Positions 38,164-48,711 of a DNA stretch of 64,000 bases are shown one piece after another. Every line of letters starts with the position of its first letter. The first letter of the stretch is position 1. Source of the DNA: an uncultured Planctomycetia bacterium. Lineage in GTDB: Bacteria; Omnitrophota; Gorgyraeia; Tantalellales; Tantalellaceae. The translations under genes and the position numbers were made by a program. The notes beneath the pieces were generated by a model. That model had not been told where the DNA came from, ran no database searches, and saw only the letters and a list, made by a program, of their open reading frames with translations. Where the stretch lies: assembly GCA_964421015.1 (NCBI GenBank), contig CAYQUS010000001.1, positions 428,726-492,725 of the forward strand, given 5' to 3'.

Positions 38164-38669
38164 AACCCCAGCTCTCTTCTGTATTCCCTGGTTATTTTTT
38201 CTTTTATGTCCGGGGGTATCTCTTTCCGGTCCGGCCCCTGAGAAGAAGATCTTTCTCTCTGGCGGCTTTTCTTCTTTATGCCGGAAAGTTCTTCGGAATC
38301 CATTATGGAAGCTCCGTACCCGCGCGCGTTATTCCTCACGTAATTGTCGTTGGAAGCCACTATCAGCTTTACTCCCGGCCTTGAAGAATACTGCCTTATT
38401 GTCTCTATTATCTTTTCGTCCCCTTCTCCGGTGCCGGAAAAGGACTGTTTCGAGCTTGCCGGCACGTAAAGCCTTTCCAGGTGGCGATACCTGTCCTGCC
38501 CGTCGAAAACCACGCAGAAATCAGAGATGTATCCGCTGGAGCGGACGTATTCCTGGACAAGCATTATTATCCTGCTTCGCGCGGAAAGGAGATTATCCTT
38601 GAGAAGTTTCTGCGTGTCTTTAATGGCGTTTATGGCGTTGTATCCATCGACTATAAGTACTGTTTTCAT
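38160..38669 (-). CDS. NYN domain (YacP-like) ribonuclease
   Basis: MKTVLIVDGYNAIN start typical of YacP/NYN; basic C-terminal tail; ATGA overlap with dusB. Confidence 0.65.
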   Translation of the reverse strand: MKTVLIVDGYNAINAIKDTQKLLKDNLLSARSRIIMLVQEYVRSSGYISDFCVVFDGQDRYRHLERLYVPASSKQSFSGTGEGDEKIIETIRQYSSRPGVKLIVASNDNYVRNNARGYGASIMDSEELSGIKKKSRQRERSSSQGPDRKEIPPDIKEKITREYRRELGL

Positions 38670-38753
38670 GGCCCCACAATGATAACACAGCCGGCGGATA
38701 AATGGAAGTAAGTCCCTGTCGAGCTTACGGATAAGGGCTCCCAGGGCGGGGAG

Positions 38754-39041
38754 CTATTTTTTAACTATCTTTATCTTCATTCTTCGCGAGAAATCCCCGA
38801 AGACGTCCACCACCACGTCCTGCCTGGCGTAGTAGTAGATATTTTTCCCCTCTTTACGGTAACCTACAAGCTTGCAGTTCCTGAGTATCTGCAGATGATG
38901 TGAAACCGTAGGCTGTGATACCCCGAACTCGGAACATATATCAGTGACATTCATCTCCTCCCCAACCAGAAGCTCAAGTATATCCTGCCTGGTCTTATCG
39001 GCAAGGGCCTTGAATATCCTTACAAAATCATTCCCGTCCAT
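38754..39041 (-). CDS. ArsR/SmtB-family transcriptional regulator
   Basis: 95 aa winged HTH: FKALADKTRQDILELL...VTDICSEFGVSQPTVSHHLQIL. Confidence 0.75.
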   Translation of the reverse strand: MDGNDFVRIFKALADKTRQDILELLVGEEMNVTDICSEFGVSQPTVSHHLQILRNCKLVGYRKEGKNIYYYARQDVVVDVFGDFSRRMKIKIVKK

Positions 39042-39071
39042 GATCCCTCCCGAAAGGTCCTGCTAAAAATA

Positions 39072-39734
39072 TCATTTGACCTTCACCGTAACTATTATGT
39101 CACCCCTGTGCCTGCAGCACGGGCATTCCTCGCCTTGAGCGCGCAGCCGCATTTTCTGGCCGTCCTTTGTGCCTGCCGGGATCTTAACGGTCAGGTTCTT
39201 CCCGTTCGAAAGCCTGAACTTGGCCTCCCCTCCCTTTTCGGCAAGCCTCGAGGGTACCGGCAGAGAAATCCTCACGTCCGTATCTTTTTCTTCCGGGGAA
39301 AAACCCTGGGAAGAACCCGGGCCTCTCATGCCCCCTCCGGAGGAATAGTAGTAAGTAGCCCCACCGTGGCGCTTGCTTCCGCCTCCCCCGGAGAATATGT
39401 CGCCGAAAATATCTCCGAAAGACGAATACCCTCCGCCCGGAGACCCTCCCGAAAAATTCTTTATAAAGTCTGAAAAATCGAACCCCTGCGCCTCCGAAAA
39501 ATCTCCGGTATAGGCGCCCATTTTTCTGAGATTGTCATATTCCTTTCGCCTTTTAACGTCTCCAAGCGCGTAGTAGGCTTCCGATATCTCCTTGAACTTT
39601 TCCTCGGCTTTTTTGTCCCCGGGATTCTTGTCGGGGTGGTACTTGAGCGCCAGCTTACGGTAAGAACTTTTGATCTCCGCCTCACTCGCGTCCTCTGCCA
39701 CCCCAAGTATCGCGTAGTAGTCTTTTTTATGCAT
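39072..39734 (-). CDS. J-domain protein (DnaJ/CbpA-like, no full zinc finger)
   Basis: J domain DYYAILGV...HPDKN, G/F-rich region, short C-terminal domain. Confidence 0.7.
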   Translation of the reverse strand: MHKKDYYAILGVAEDASEAEIKSSYRKLALKYHPDKNPGDKKAEEKFKEISEAYYALGDVKRRKEYDNLRKMGAYTGDFSEAQGFDFSDFIKNFSGGSPGGGYSSFGDIFGDIFSGGGGSKRHGGATYYYSSGGGMRGPGSSQGFSPEEKDTDVRISLPVPSRLAEKGGEAKFRLSNGKNLTVKIPAGTKDGQKMRLRAQGEECPCCRHRGDIIVTVKVK

Positions 39735-39749
39735 CTTTATCCTCTTCTT

Positions 39750-42341
39750 TTATTTTTTTATCCTGAACTCCAGAAGGTCTTCGCCGCCTCCCGCGTCCAT
39801 AACTACCTTGCTCCCGGGTTTGATATTGCCCTTAAGTATCTCCACGGCAAGCTTGTCCTGAACCTCCCTCTGTATAAGCCTTTTAAGGGGTCTTGCGCCG
39901 TAATCAGGATCAAACCCTCTTTCAGCAAGCTCTCTTTTGGCCTTTTCGGTGACTTCTGCCTCTATATCCTTGTCCTTCAGCCTTTCCATTACGTTCGCCA
40001 GCTCCAGGTCCACTATCTTCAACATATCTTTTTCGGAAAGCTTGCTGAAAACTATGACCTCGTCCAGCCTGTTCAGTAGCTCAGGCCTGAAATATTTTTT
40101 CACCTCTTCACCGGCCAGTCTGGCCACTTCTTCGGAGCTTCTCGAGCTGTCTGAAAAATACTGGCTTCCTATGTTCGAGGTCATTATTACTATGGTGTTC
40201 TTAAAATCCACCACATGCCCCTGATTGTCGGTAAGCCTGCCCTCGTCCAGTATCTGCAAAAGTATGTTAAAAACATCGGGATGCGCCTTTTCTATTTCAT
40301 CGAGGAGCACAACGCTGTAAGGCCTTCTTCTGACCTTCTCGGTAAGCTGCCCGCCCTCGTCGTAACCAACGTATCCCGGCGGAGCCCCTATAAGCCTTGA
40401 AACGGCGTGCCGTTCCATATACTCCGACATATCTATCCTGACCATTGCGTCCGGATCGTTAAAAAGGAACCAGGCCACAGTCCTTGCCATATGAGTCTTC
40501 CCGACACCGGTGGGCCCGAGGAACAGAAAAGACCCTATGGGCCTTCGGGGATCCCCCATCCCGCTCCGGGACCTTCTCACGGCATCGGATATCTTACGTA
40601 CCGCCTCGTCCTGGCCGGCTATCCTCGTGCTTAAGACATCTTCCATCTTTATGAGCTTCTCTATCTCCGATTCCATGAGTTTCGTCATCGGTATACCTGT
40701 CCACTGCGACACTATCCTGGCAATATCCTCGTCATCCACTTCCTCTTTCAGCATTTTCTCGGAACTCTGTATCTTCGAGAGTTCGGAAGCGGACTTATCC
40801 AGTTCTTTTTTCAGGTCCACTATCCTGCCGTACCGTATTTCAGAGACCTTTGCGAGATTCCCCTCTTTCTCGGCGTTACTTTCCTCTATACGGGCCTTAT
40901 CCATGTCCTCTTTTATGCGCTGTATCCTTGAGATCATGTCCTTTTCCTTTTCCCAGTGCCGTTTCATGGTCTTAAGCTCTTCTCGAAGATCTTCCAGCTC
41001 GTCGTCCACTTCTTTCAACTTGACGCTTCCCGAAGAGGTATCTTTCTCCTTTTTAAGAGCCTGTTTCTCTATCTCAAGCTGCATTATCTTGCGTTGAACA
41101 CGGTCTATACCGGTGGGAACGCTGTCTATTTCCATCCTGAGTTTTGACGCCGCCTCATCCACGAGATCTATCGCCTTGTCCGGCAGAAAACGCGCCGTTA
41201 TGTACCTGTCGGACAACGTGGCCGCAGCGACTATTGCGGAATCCGATATCCTGACGCCATGGTGCACCTCGTACTTTTCCTTGAGGCCGCGCAATATGGT
41301 TATGGTATTCTCGACGGTAGGTTCGCCTATGAATATCTGCTGGAACCTTCTCTCCAGCGCCTTATCTTTCTCGATATATTTCCGGTACTCGTCAAGGGTT
41401 GTGGCTCCTATGCACCTGAGCTCCCCCCTGGCAAGAGCCGGCTTCAGAAGATTGGAAGCGTCTACCGCCCCCTCGGCGGCTCCGGCGCCGACTATAGTAT
41501 GAAGTTCGTCTATAAAGAGTATGACCCCGCCGTCTTTTTCTTTTATTTCACGTAGCACGGCTTTAAGCCTGTCCTCGAACTCCCCTCTGAATTTGGCGCC
41601 CGCTATCAGCGCGCCGAGGTCCAGAGCTATAAGCCTTTTATCCTTGAGCCTCGCCGGGACGTCCCCGGAAGATATCCTCTGGGCCAGGGCCTCCACCACG
41701 GCGGTCTTACCCGTGCCCGGGTCCCCTATAAGCACCGGATTGTTTTTTGTGCGTCTTGAAAGAACGTGTATGAGCCTCCTTATTTCCTCATCGCGTCCTA
41801 TGACAGGATCGAGTTTTCCCATGTCGGCCATTTCCACAAGGTCCCTGCCGTATTTCTTTAGAGCCTGTATCTTTCCCTCAGGGTCCTCGTCCGTCACGCG
41901 ATGCGCCCCTCTCACCTGGCTCATGCCCCTCAAAAAACCTTCCGCCGTAAGAGCGCTTTCCTTGAGTATCTCCCAGACCGTTCCGGAAGTCTCCCTCAGC
42001 ATGGCCAATAAGATATGCTCCACGCTCACATATTCATCCTTCAGCGCGGCGGCCTCTTTTCCGGCCCTGGAAATTATCCGTGTAAGTTCAGGGGACATGT
42101 AAGGCTCGAGAGTTTCGCCCTTTATCCTTGGTCTTTTTGAAAAACACTCTTCTATCCTGCTTTTCAAGGAGGCAATATCCGTTCCTATCTTTTTCAGCAC
42201 CTCATGGCATACCCCGTCCCGTTCCGATACAAGGGCATAAAGCATGTGCTCGCCTGATACTTCCTGATGCCCCCGGTCCACGGCTTCTTTGAAAGCCTGC
42301 CTTATGGCCTCCTGGCTTTTAACTGTGAATTTATCGTTCAT
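39750..42341 (-). CDS. clpB: ATP-dependent chaperone ClpB
   Basis: 863 aa with two AAA+ modules (GDPGTGKTA; GPTGVGKT) and the coiled-coil middle domain characteristic of ClpB. Confidence 0.9.
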   Translation of the reverse strand: MNDKFTVKSQEAIRQAFKEAVDRGHQEVSGEHMLYALVSERDGVCHEVLKKIGTDIASLKSRIEECFSKRPRIKGETLEPYMSPELTRIISRAGKEAAALKDEYVSVEHILLAMLRETSGTVWEILKESALTAEGFLRGMSQVRGAHRVTDEDPEGKIQALKKYGRDLVEMADMGKLDPVIGRDEEIRRLIHVLSRRTKNNPVLIGDPGTGKTAVVEALAQRISSGDVPARLKDKRLIALDLGALIAGAKFRGEFEDRLKAVLREIKEKDGGVILFIDELHTIVGAGAAEGAVDASNLLKPALARGELRCIGATTLDEYRKYIEKDKALERRFQQIFIGEPTVENTITILRGLKEKYEVHHGVRISDSAIVAAATLSDRYITARFLPDKAIDLVDEAASKLRMEIDSVPTGIDRVQRKIMQLEIEKQALKKEKDTSSGSVKLKEVDDELEDLREELKTMKRHWEKEKDMISRIQRIKEDMDKARIEESNAEKEGNLAKVSEIRYGRIVDLKKELDKSASELSKIQSSEKMLKEEVDDEDIARIVSQWTGIPMTKLMESEIEKLIKMEDVLSTRIAGQDEAVRKISDAVRRSRSGMGDPRRPIGSFLFLGPTGVGKTHMARTVAWFLFNDPDAMVRIDMSEYMERHAVSRLIGAPPGYVGYDEGGQLTEKVRRRPYSVVLLDEIEKAHPDVFNILLQILDEGRLTDNQGHVVDFKNTIVIMTSNIGSQYFSDSSRSSEEVARLAGEEVKKYFRPELLNRLDEVIVFSKLSEKDMLKIVDLELANVMERLKDKDIEAEVTEKAKRELAERGFDPDYGARPLKRLIQREVQDKLAVEILKGNIKPGSKVVMDAGGGEDLLEFRIKK

Positions 42342-42373
42342 ATTCCCTCACCTTTTCCTTGTAAACCCTGAAA

Positions 42374-42403
42374 CATATAGACGTATTGACATTCATCTAT
42401 ATG
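42374..42403 (-). promoter_or_regulatory. 8-bp inverted repeat (CATATAGA-N14-TCTATATG) in the clpB promoter region; candidate operator
   Basis: Perfect palindrome arms 33-62 nt upstream of the clpB start; no match to the CIRCE or HAIR consensus. Confidence 0.35.
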
Positions 42404-42410
42404 ATACACT

Positions 42411-42443
42411 AAAAAAACCGCCGTGTCAAGTCCCCTCCGGCGG
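42411..42443 (-). terminator. Rho-independent terminator downstream of the Lon-like gene
   Basis: Minus strand: CCGCCG-14 nt loop-CGGCGG followed by UUUUUUU. Confidence 0.45.
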
Positions 42444-42475
42444 AAATCTTACCGGGCATGCCACGGCGGGTTAAA

Positions 42476-44899
42476 TTATCTTTTTTTCTTTTTAGCTGTC
42501 GGTTTTTTTCCGCTTTTGCGTCCGGTTTTGTCGATTTTTTGGGAATATTCCTTAAGCTTTTTGTCCACGAGGAAATTTATTGTGCCGGCGGGATATCCGC
42601 CCTTCCCATCCTTAATGCCGGCTTTTTTCCCGGTCAATATCTCTATCCCTTCGTCTATGGTCTTCACGGCCCATATGTGGAATTTCTTCTTTTCCACGGC
42701 CTCGATAACCTCATCGCTCAGCATAAGGTGTTTAACGTTGGCCTCGGGGATCATCACTCCCTGTTCTCCGCTGAGCCCCTTAAGCTTGCATACGTGGTAG
42801 TATCCTTCTATCTTTTCATTGACGCCGCCTATAGGCTGGACCATCCCATGCTGGTTCATTGAACCCGTAACGGCGATCGCCTGTTTTATGGGAACGCCTG
42901 ACAGTGACGACAAAAGCCCGTAAGCTTCTGTGCTTGAAGCGCTGTCCCCGTCGACCCCCTCGTAAGACTGTTCAAAACATATGTTAGCTGAAAGGCTCAG
43001 CGGCCTTTCCTGAGCGAACTTTTCCCCTATGTACCCGCTGAGAATAAGCATTCCTTTGGAATGTATCGCCCCGCCCATCTTTACCTGTCTTTCTATATCC
43101 ACCACCCCGCTTTTTCCCATGTACGTGGTCACGGTTATGCGTGAAGGCTTACCGAACATGTAGCCCCCAAGATCCAGAACGGCAAGTCCGTTCACCTGTC
43201 CGGCGGCGCGCCCCTCTACGTCTATCATTATCACGTTCTTCCCGATATACTCTCTTATCTTTTCCTCTATCATGCTCGAACGGTAAACCTTTTCCCTCAG
43301 AGCCTTTTCCACATGATTCTCTCTTACGTATTCGGAATTATCTTTTCCGGCCCAATAGTCTGCCTCCCTGAGAACATCTGCCACATACATGAACTTGACG
43401 CTCAGCTTGTCCTGGTCCTCTGTCATCCTGGACCCGTACTCTATGACCTTGGCGACCGCTTCTCTCTCGAAATGCCTTAGGCCTTCCTCTTCGCACCTCA
43501 CCTTTATAAAAGCGGCGTACTTGTCTATCATGGCCTTGTCACGGTCAGCTTCAACCTCGAAATCCGCCTTGACCTTAAACATCTTCCTGAAATCCTCGTC
43601 GAATTTATAAAGGATGTGATAAAGCCAGGCCGGGCCTATCATAACCACCTTCACGTTGCAAGCTATGGCTTTGGGTTTTAGACTTGAGGTGCTGATAAGC
43701 CTGAACTGCTCGTTGATGTCCTCTACCTTTATCTCATGGTTCTTTATCACCCTCTTAAGAGCGTCCCAAGCCATGAAACTGGAAAGAACATCCATGGCCT
43801 GCAATATCAGATATCCTCCGTTGGCCTTATGCAGGGCTCCCGGAGCTATCATTGTAAAGTCCGTGGTCATGGATCCCAGCTGCGCCACATACTCTATTCT
43901 GCCAACAAGGTTGTAGTAGTTCGGGTTGACCTCTCTTATTACGGGAGCCCCCTTGGAATGCCTTCTGTCCACAAGAAGGTTCACCTCGTACTTTTTCAGC
44001 ATGCTCTGCTTCGAGGGCCCTCTCCCCCCCAGTAAAATGGCCTGAGCCTCTTCTTCCTCTTCTCTGAAAAGTCCGATATTCGCCACCACGTCATGCTGAA
44101 GGTGGTTGAGATGCTCCACTACATCCTCGAATTCCCTGTATTTAAAACGGAGTTCATCTATTATGTGCTTCACGGAAAAAAGCACCACTTCCTGTTCCAG
44201 TTCCTTTATCTTGTTCTTGGCGCCCTTCTCCATCGTCCTGACCTCTCCCAGCGCCTGTTCTATCCTGATGTGAAGATTGTGCTTTTTCCTTTCTATTTCC
44301 TCTTTCTCCTCGTCGGAGAGGTTCTCAAAATCCTCGGCCGTCATGGGGTTCTCGTCTCTTGCCGGAACAAGGATAACCCCGGTAGCGGACTGCTTCAGCA
44401 CAAAACCTTCGCCTATAGCCTCATCTTCCACCTTCTGCAGGGTTTCATCCCTTTTTTTCTTGTATTCCTTAAGAAGCCCCTGCCGTCTCGATTCGTAGTC
44501 CTCGCTTTCGAAGGCCTTGGGTATCTCCTCTTTAAGTTCCGTAATAAGCTCTTCCATATCTTTCTTGAATATTATCCCTCTGCCTGCCGGAAGGCTTATG
44601 GCTATAGGCTCGTCTTCGGTTATGAAATTGTTGACGTACACCCAGTCCCCGGGAACCGGTTCCCGCGCCGCTATCTCGTTGACGGCGTTATTTACCTGCG
44701 TGTTCCTCCCCGTACCGGCCGCGCCGCAAACGAATAAGTTGAACCCTTCGGCCTTTATGTTAAGCCCGAAATCTATGGCGCTTGTGCCCCTCTCCTGATG
44801 GGCCGGTTCCGTATCGAACTCATAATCTTCCGTGGTCTTGAAAGGGAACATGGACGGGTCGCATTTTTTCTTAAGCTCTCCCGGAGCGAGTTCTCTCAT
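42476..44899 (-). CDS. Lon-like protease (LonC-type: S16 protease domain with degenerate AAA-like module)
   Basis: C-terminal Lon protease domain (DGDSAS...VTGSMNQHGMVQPIGG). Walker A position reads GAAGTGRNT (Lys and Ser/Thr replaced) and no hhhhDE Walker B. Confidence 0.65.
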   Translation of the reverse strand: MRELAPGELKKKCDPSMFPFKTTEDYEFDTEPAHQERGTSAIDFGLNIKAEGFNLFVCGAAGTGRNTQVNNAVNEIAAREPVPGDWVYVNNFITEDEPIAISLPAGRGIIFKKDMEELITELKEEIPKAFESEDYESRRQGLLKEYKKKRDETLQKVEDEAIGEGFVLKQSATGVILVPARDENPMTAEDFENLSDEEKEEIERKKHNLHIRIEQALGEVRTMEKGAKNKIKELEQEVVLFSVKHIIDELRFKYREFEDVVEHLNHLQHDVVANIGLFREEEEEAQAILLGGRGPSKQSMLKKYEVNLLVDRRHSKGAPVIREVNPNYYNLVGRIEYVAQLGSMTTDFTMIAPGALHKANGGYLILQAMDVLSSFMAWDALKRVIKNHEIKVEDINEQFRLISTSSLKPKAIACNVKVVMIGPAWLYHILYKFDEDFRKMFKVKADFEVEADRDKAMIDKYAAFIKVRCEEEGLRHFEREAVAKVIEYGSRMTEDQDKLSVKFMYVADVLREADYWAGKDNSEYVRENHVEKALREKVYRSSMIEEKIREYIGKNVIMIDVEGRAAGQVNGLAVLDLGGYMFGKPSRITVTTYMGKSGVVDIERQVKMGGAIHSKGMLILSGYIGEKFAQERPLSLSANICFEQSYEGVDGDSASSTEAYGLLSSLSGVPIKQAIAVTGSMNQHGMVQPIGGVNEKIEGYYHVCKLKGLSGEQGVMIPEANVKHLMLSDEVIEAVEKKKFHIWAVKTIDEGIEILTGKKAGIKDGKGGYPAGTINFLVDKKLKEYSQKIDKTGRKSGKKPTAKKKKR

Positions 44900-44953
44900 A
44901 TGTCGCTTCTCCTTTTATGTTTAATATGTCCCTTGAAATATCTCGAATACCTG

Positions 44954-45139
44954 TCATGGCCCCATAAAAAACCCGATAAAGGGATCATCGAACTTCCGGG
45001 TTTTTTCTCTCAGCCTGTACCATACCAGAAGCGTCATTCCCCCCGCCCCCACTAGAAGAGCGGCCACTATCATGGAGAGAAGAGGAGGATATAACGCTAT
45101 GAGAAGCCCAGAAATTATAAGAATTATACCCATGAACAT
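44954..45139 (-). CDS. Small hydrophobic membrane protein
   Basis: 61 aa, two predicted TM helices; weak call. Confidence 0.3.
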   Translation of the reverse strand: MFMGIILIISGLLIALYPPLLSMIVAALLVGAGGMTLLVWYRLREKTRKFDDPFIGFFMGP

Positions 45140-45217
45140 GTGTATCCTCCTTAAACGGTAAAGCTTTCTTTTAAGACGACAATACCCTATGCCGGCTCAA
45201 GAGTCAAGAAAAGACGG

Positions 45218-46213
45218 CTATTGAGAACCCGAGATGAGCCTGAAAACCCCCAGCCAGAAAGGAATGGTAAAAATAGAGGCTATGTGTGAATAAAATATAA
45301 CACTGCTGAGATAGCTGTTATTGGCGCGGGAATAACTTCCGACTATAACAAGCGTTACGGCCGAAGGCATTATTGCCTCGACAAAAAGGAAAAATCTGTA
45401 TGCCTCGGACATGGGCACCAAAAGGAGAACCGCCAGTATCATCGCGGGAAAAATTGCGAGTTTTACGGCCAGAGCCGCCGCAACGAACCTTTTTTTATCA
45501 GGCATATGGGCCCTGTACCTGGACAGGTTGGCTCCCAGAACTATCATGGCCAACGGGAATGCCGCATGGCCAAGCTGCCCCATGGGATCTGAAATAATAG
45601 CGGGAATACTTCCCTGCCCAAAGACCCTGACCCACAAAAGAGAAATCGCCGTTGCGACCACCGGGGGGTTCAGCACCGATACCAATTTTATATCGCTTCC
45701 TCCTCTTCTCTGGAAGAAAACAGGCAGGAAAGACCATATAAGAAGGTTAAATCCGGTGAGAAAGAGAAAAGTATAAACAAGAAGCCTGTCCCCGGTAAGC
45801 CCGGAAAAAGCGAAAAGTATTATGTTCATGGGAAGATACCCTGAATTCTGAAAACCGCAGGATGCGACAAATTCTCTTTTTGTCTCGCCGAGATGGTCTT
45901 TCTCCCCCGGCGGCACTTCTTTCTTCGGGAAAAACGAGAAGACCGTTCGGCCCAGGACCATACCCGCCACTGAAAATGCCACAGCCGCGGCCGGAAGTAT
46001 CCACCAGAACGGAAAATCAGCAAAACTGAAATTGGAGACCGTCTTGTAGATTATAAGGGCTGGAAAGACCAGTCTTACCAGGACTTCGCTTAAAGCGTCA
46101 ACGAACTTATCGTCGATCATCCTGCGGTGCCTTAGAACGTATCCGGCCAGAACAAGCATAAAGAGCTTGGCTATCGCCGAAACAATATCGCCGAAACTGA
46201 ATTGTATTTCCAT
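45218..46213 (-). CDS. AEC (auxin efflux carrier) family transporter
   Basis: 331 aa, ~10 TM helices, typical AEC permease N-terminus. Confidence 0.65.
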   Translation of the reverse strand: MEIQFSFGDIVSAIAKLFMLVLAGYVLRHRRMIDDKFVDALSEVLVRLVFPALIIYKTVSNFSFADFPFWWILPAAAVAFSVAGMVLGRTVFSFFPKKEVPPGEKDHLGETKREFVASCGFQNSGYLPMNIILFAFSGLTGDRLLVYTFLFLTGFNLLIWSFLPVFFQRRGGSDIKLVSVLNPPVVATAISLLWVRVFGQGSIPAIISDPMGQLGHAAFPLAMIVLGANLSRYRAHMPDKKRFVAAALAVKLAIFPAMILAVLLLVPMSEAYRFFLFVEAIMPSAVTLVIVGSYSRANNSYLSSVIFYSHIASIFTIPFWLGVFRLISGSQ

Positions 46214-46238
46214 AAACCCCGTTTCCCCGAGCCTCCTG

Positions 46239-47528
46239 TTACGCGCCGGGTTTACCGAGAAGCCTGAACATCTCTTTTTTGTAGGCCTCTACTCCGGGCT
46301 GGTCGAAGGGATTGACGCCTGAGATATAGGCTGAAACAGCGGCAGCTGTCTCGAGAAAATAAAAAAGTTTACCCATGCAGTAAGCCGATCTTTCGTCTAT
46401 AAAAATAGTTGAGTTTGGTACCCCTCCCGCATAGTGAGCTCTCGCCGTTGCCTCGTAAGCCTTTCTATTTATCTCGTCGACTTTTTTGCCGGCGAGATAG
46501 TTGAGCCCGTCGGAATCGTCTTTAAGAAATGGGACCGCGCACCCGGAGACCTCTTTTTCGACTATGAGAAAAGTCTCAAAAATATTCCTCTCGCCGTCCT
46601 GTATGAGCTGGCCTACCGCGTGAAGGTCCTTGGAAAAATTACATTCCGACGGAAAAATACCCCTGCCGGACTTACCCTCGCTCTCCCCGAAAAGTTGTTT
46701 CCACCACTCGGCGGTATGGCTTAAGAGGCTTTCGAATACCGAAAATAACTCTATGGCCTTACCCTTCCTGTAAAGCGCGTTCCTCGAGGCCGCGTAGATA
46801 TACGCCGGGTTTTCAGTTACCCCCATGACCGACATTTCAAGTTTCTGGTCCCGGGCGCCTTTCATGAGGCTCAGTATGTCCACTCCGGCCGCCGCCGCGG
46901 GAAAAAGACCCACGGCGCTAAGAACGGAAAACCTGCCCCCGACGTCGCGCGGCACGTCAAAGCTCTTATAGCCTTTTTCCCTGGCTATTTCTCTTAAAGC
47001 GCCGTTATCCCTGTCAGTAGTGCAGACTATCCTTTCCGAAGCCCCTTTAAGACCGTATTTCTCTACGACCAGACTCTCAATAAGCCGGAAGGCTATCGCA
47101 GGCTCGGTAGTGGTGCCGGACTTGGAAATTACATTGACGCTGAAATCTTTACGTTTTAATTCCGAGAGCAGAGACTCGAGCTCAGCCCCGGAAAGATTAT
47201 ATCCGGAGAAAACTGTCCTCCCCTTCATTTCGGGACTGGAAACCGCCTCTATGAGCGCTCTGGAACCCAGATAGGAACCGCCTATCCCTATTATTACGGT
47301 AAGATCAGATTTTTCCGCCAGGTTCGTCGCGGTCTTTTGAATTTCCAGAAGAGAACTTTCATCATATCTTTCCGGCAGGTCCATCCAGCCCAGAAAATCC
47401 TTACCCGGGCCGTTGCGTTTTTCAAGAAAGTCATGAGCCTTTCTTATTTCGCTTTCCATCGCCCTTATTTCCGCGGGGCCGACAAAACCGGAAAGATTGG
47501 AGCTATCGTACGACAGTTTACCTGACAT
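46239..47528 (-). CDS. pgi: Glucose-6-phosphate isomerase
   Basis: IGIGGSYLGSRA SIS motif; 429 aa. Confidence 0.85.
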   Translation of the reverse strand: MSGKLSYDSSNLSGFVGPAEIRAMESEIRKAHDFLEKRNGPGKDFLGWMDLPERYDESSLLEIQKTATNLAEKSDLTVIIGIGGSYLGSRALIEAVSSPEMKGRTVFSGYNLSGAELESLLSELKRKDFSVNVISKSGTTTEPAIAFRLIESLVVEKYGLKGASERIVCTTDRDNGALREIAREKGYKSFDVPRDVGGRFSVLSAVGLFPAAAAGVDILSLMKGARDQKLEMSVMGVTENPAYIYAASRNALYRKGKAIELFSVFESLLSHTAEWWKQLFGESEGKSGRGIFPSECNFSKDLHAVGQLIQDGERNIFETFLIVEKEVSGCAVPFLKDDSDGLNYLAGKKVDEINRKAYEATARAHYAGGVPNSTIFIDERSAYCMGKLFYFLETAAAVSAYISGVNPFDQPGVEAYKKEMFRLLGKPGA

Positions 47529-47545
47529 TTATCCCCCTCTTTTTG

Positions 47546-48331
47546 TCACTCGGGAGATTTCGCTTTCCTGAAAAGATTATAAAAACCGGAAAGCTTCGCC
47601 CGAAAGTGGAAAGGCTTATTCATGTCGGAATCGGTCACCTTTATCCGTTTAAGCTCGTATACATCCCCGTTGTACCGGTCAAATCCCCTGTTTGTGGTAC
47701 AGGCCCCCTTGTATCCGGCCATTTTAACGGCGGATTTAACCTTATCGTTGAATCCTCCGAGAGGGTAGGCTAAATATCTGGGGCTCTTCCCCGTAGCCGC
47801 TTCGATCGCTTTCCTGCTTTCGGAAACTTCATTCCACAGAACGGCTGTATCTTTTTCGGAGGGCAGATACACATGGTTTATCGTGTGGGACCCGAAATCT
47901 ATGCCGTGTTCCATCATGACCCTTATCTGGTCCCATGTAAGATATCCTTCCTTGCCCACAAAACCGGTAGGTATGAACACTGTGGCCGGAAAACCGTTCC
48001 TGGCCAGCACCGGAAAGGCGCTAACATAGTTGTCACGGAAACCGTCGTCAAAAGTTATAACCACCGTTCCTGGGCGGGGCTTGGTTCCCTTCTCGGTAGC
48101 GTCCACAAGTTCGTTAAGGGTAATCACGTAATAACCGTTTTTCTTTAAAAAATCCATCTGGCGCTCGAAATTGCCCGGGGTAACATACATGGAGGAATCT
48201 CCTCCTTCCCTGACGCCATGATACATGAGTATCGGCACGACCCTCTTGGGGGCGATGTAAAGCGCGGAAGCGGCCAGCACAAGGACCAGAGCCGCCGCCG
48301 TATAAACAAATATCCTCTTAACTAAAGTCAT
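47546..48331 (-). CDS. Polysaccharide deacetylase family protein (NodB homology)
   Basis: N-terminal TM; ITFDDGFRDNY and H...H motifs. Confidence 0.75.
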   Translation of the reverse strand: MTLVKRIFVYTAAALVLVLAASALYIAPKRVVPILMYHGVREGGDSSMYVTPGNFERQMDFLKKNGYYVITLNELVDATEKGTKPRPGTVVITFDDGFRDNYVSAFPVLARNGFPATVFIPTGFVGKEGYLTWDQIRVMMEHGIDFGSHTINHVYLPSEKDTAVLWNEVSESRKAIEAATGKSPRYLAYPLGGFNDKVKSAVKMAGYKGACTTNRGFDRYNGDVYELKRIKVTDSDMNKPFHFRAKLSGFYNLFRKAKSPE

Positions 48332-48423
48332 CTATCCCCCGGGATCTTTCCGGCGCCGCGCCCCTCTGCGTGCCCTGCGCGCGAAAGAGGCGATGCGCCG
48401 TAAATTTTTTATCGCGAACTTGT

Positions 48424-48618
48424 TTAAGACACCGTTATGGCGCTCACCGGGCACTGGTCTGCCCCGTTTTTCGCCTGTTCCAGGGCTTCTCCCGAAAGGT
48501 CTCCGGAAACAGCCACAGCTTTATCTCCGTCCATACTGTAAACATCCGGGGCCACCTGAGCGCAAAGACCGCAGCCTATGCAAGAACTCTGATCCACTAC
48601 CGCTTTCATATACAGCAC
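48424..48618 (-). CDS. Small 4Fe-4S ferredoxin
   Basis: 64 aa; CIGCGLCAQVAP and distal CP ligand. Confidence 0.7.
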   Translation of the reverse strand: MLYMKAVVDQSSCIGCGLCAQVAPDVYSMDGDKAVAVSGDLSGEALEQAKNGADQCPVSAITVS

Positions 48619-48711
48619 CTCTCTTTCCGTTTTGAAGTTTAGATTTTAGCGCCGCCACTTACTAACACGCCGCGAGCCGCTTTCCCGTAAGGCTCTCGGC
48701 AAAACCGCATA

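Noticed and set aside
37643-38602. 319-aa plus-strand ORF overlapping dusB and NYN
   Set aside because: Fully antisense to two well-supported minus-strand genes; Ser/Pro/Arg-rich composition typical of shadow ORFs.
40510-42102. Several 130-195-aa Ser-rich plus-strand ORFs inside clpB
   Set aside because: Antisense to the ClpB CDS, low-complexity Ser/Ile/Phe composition, no start context.
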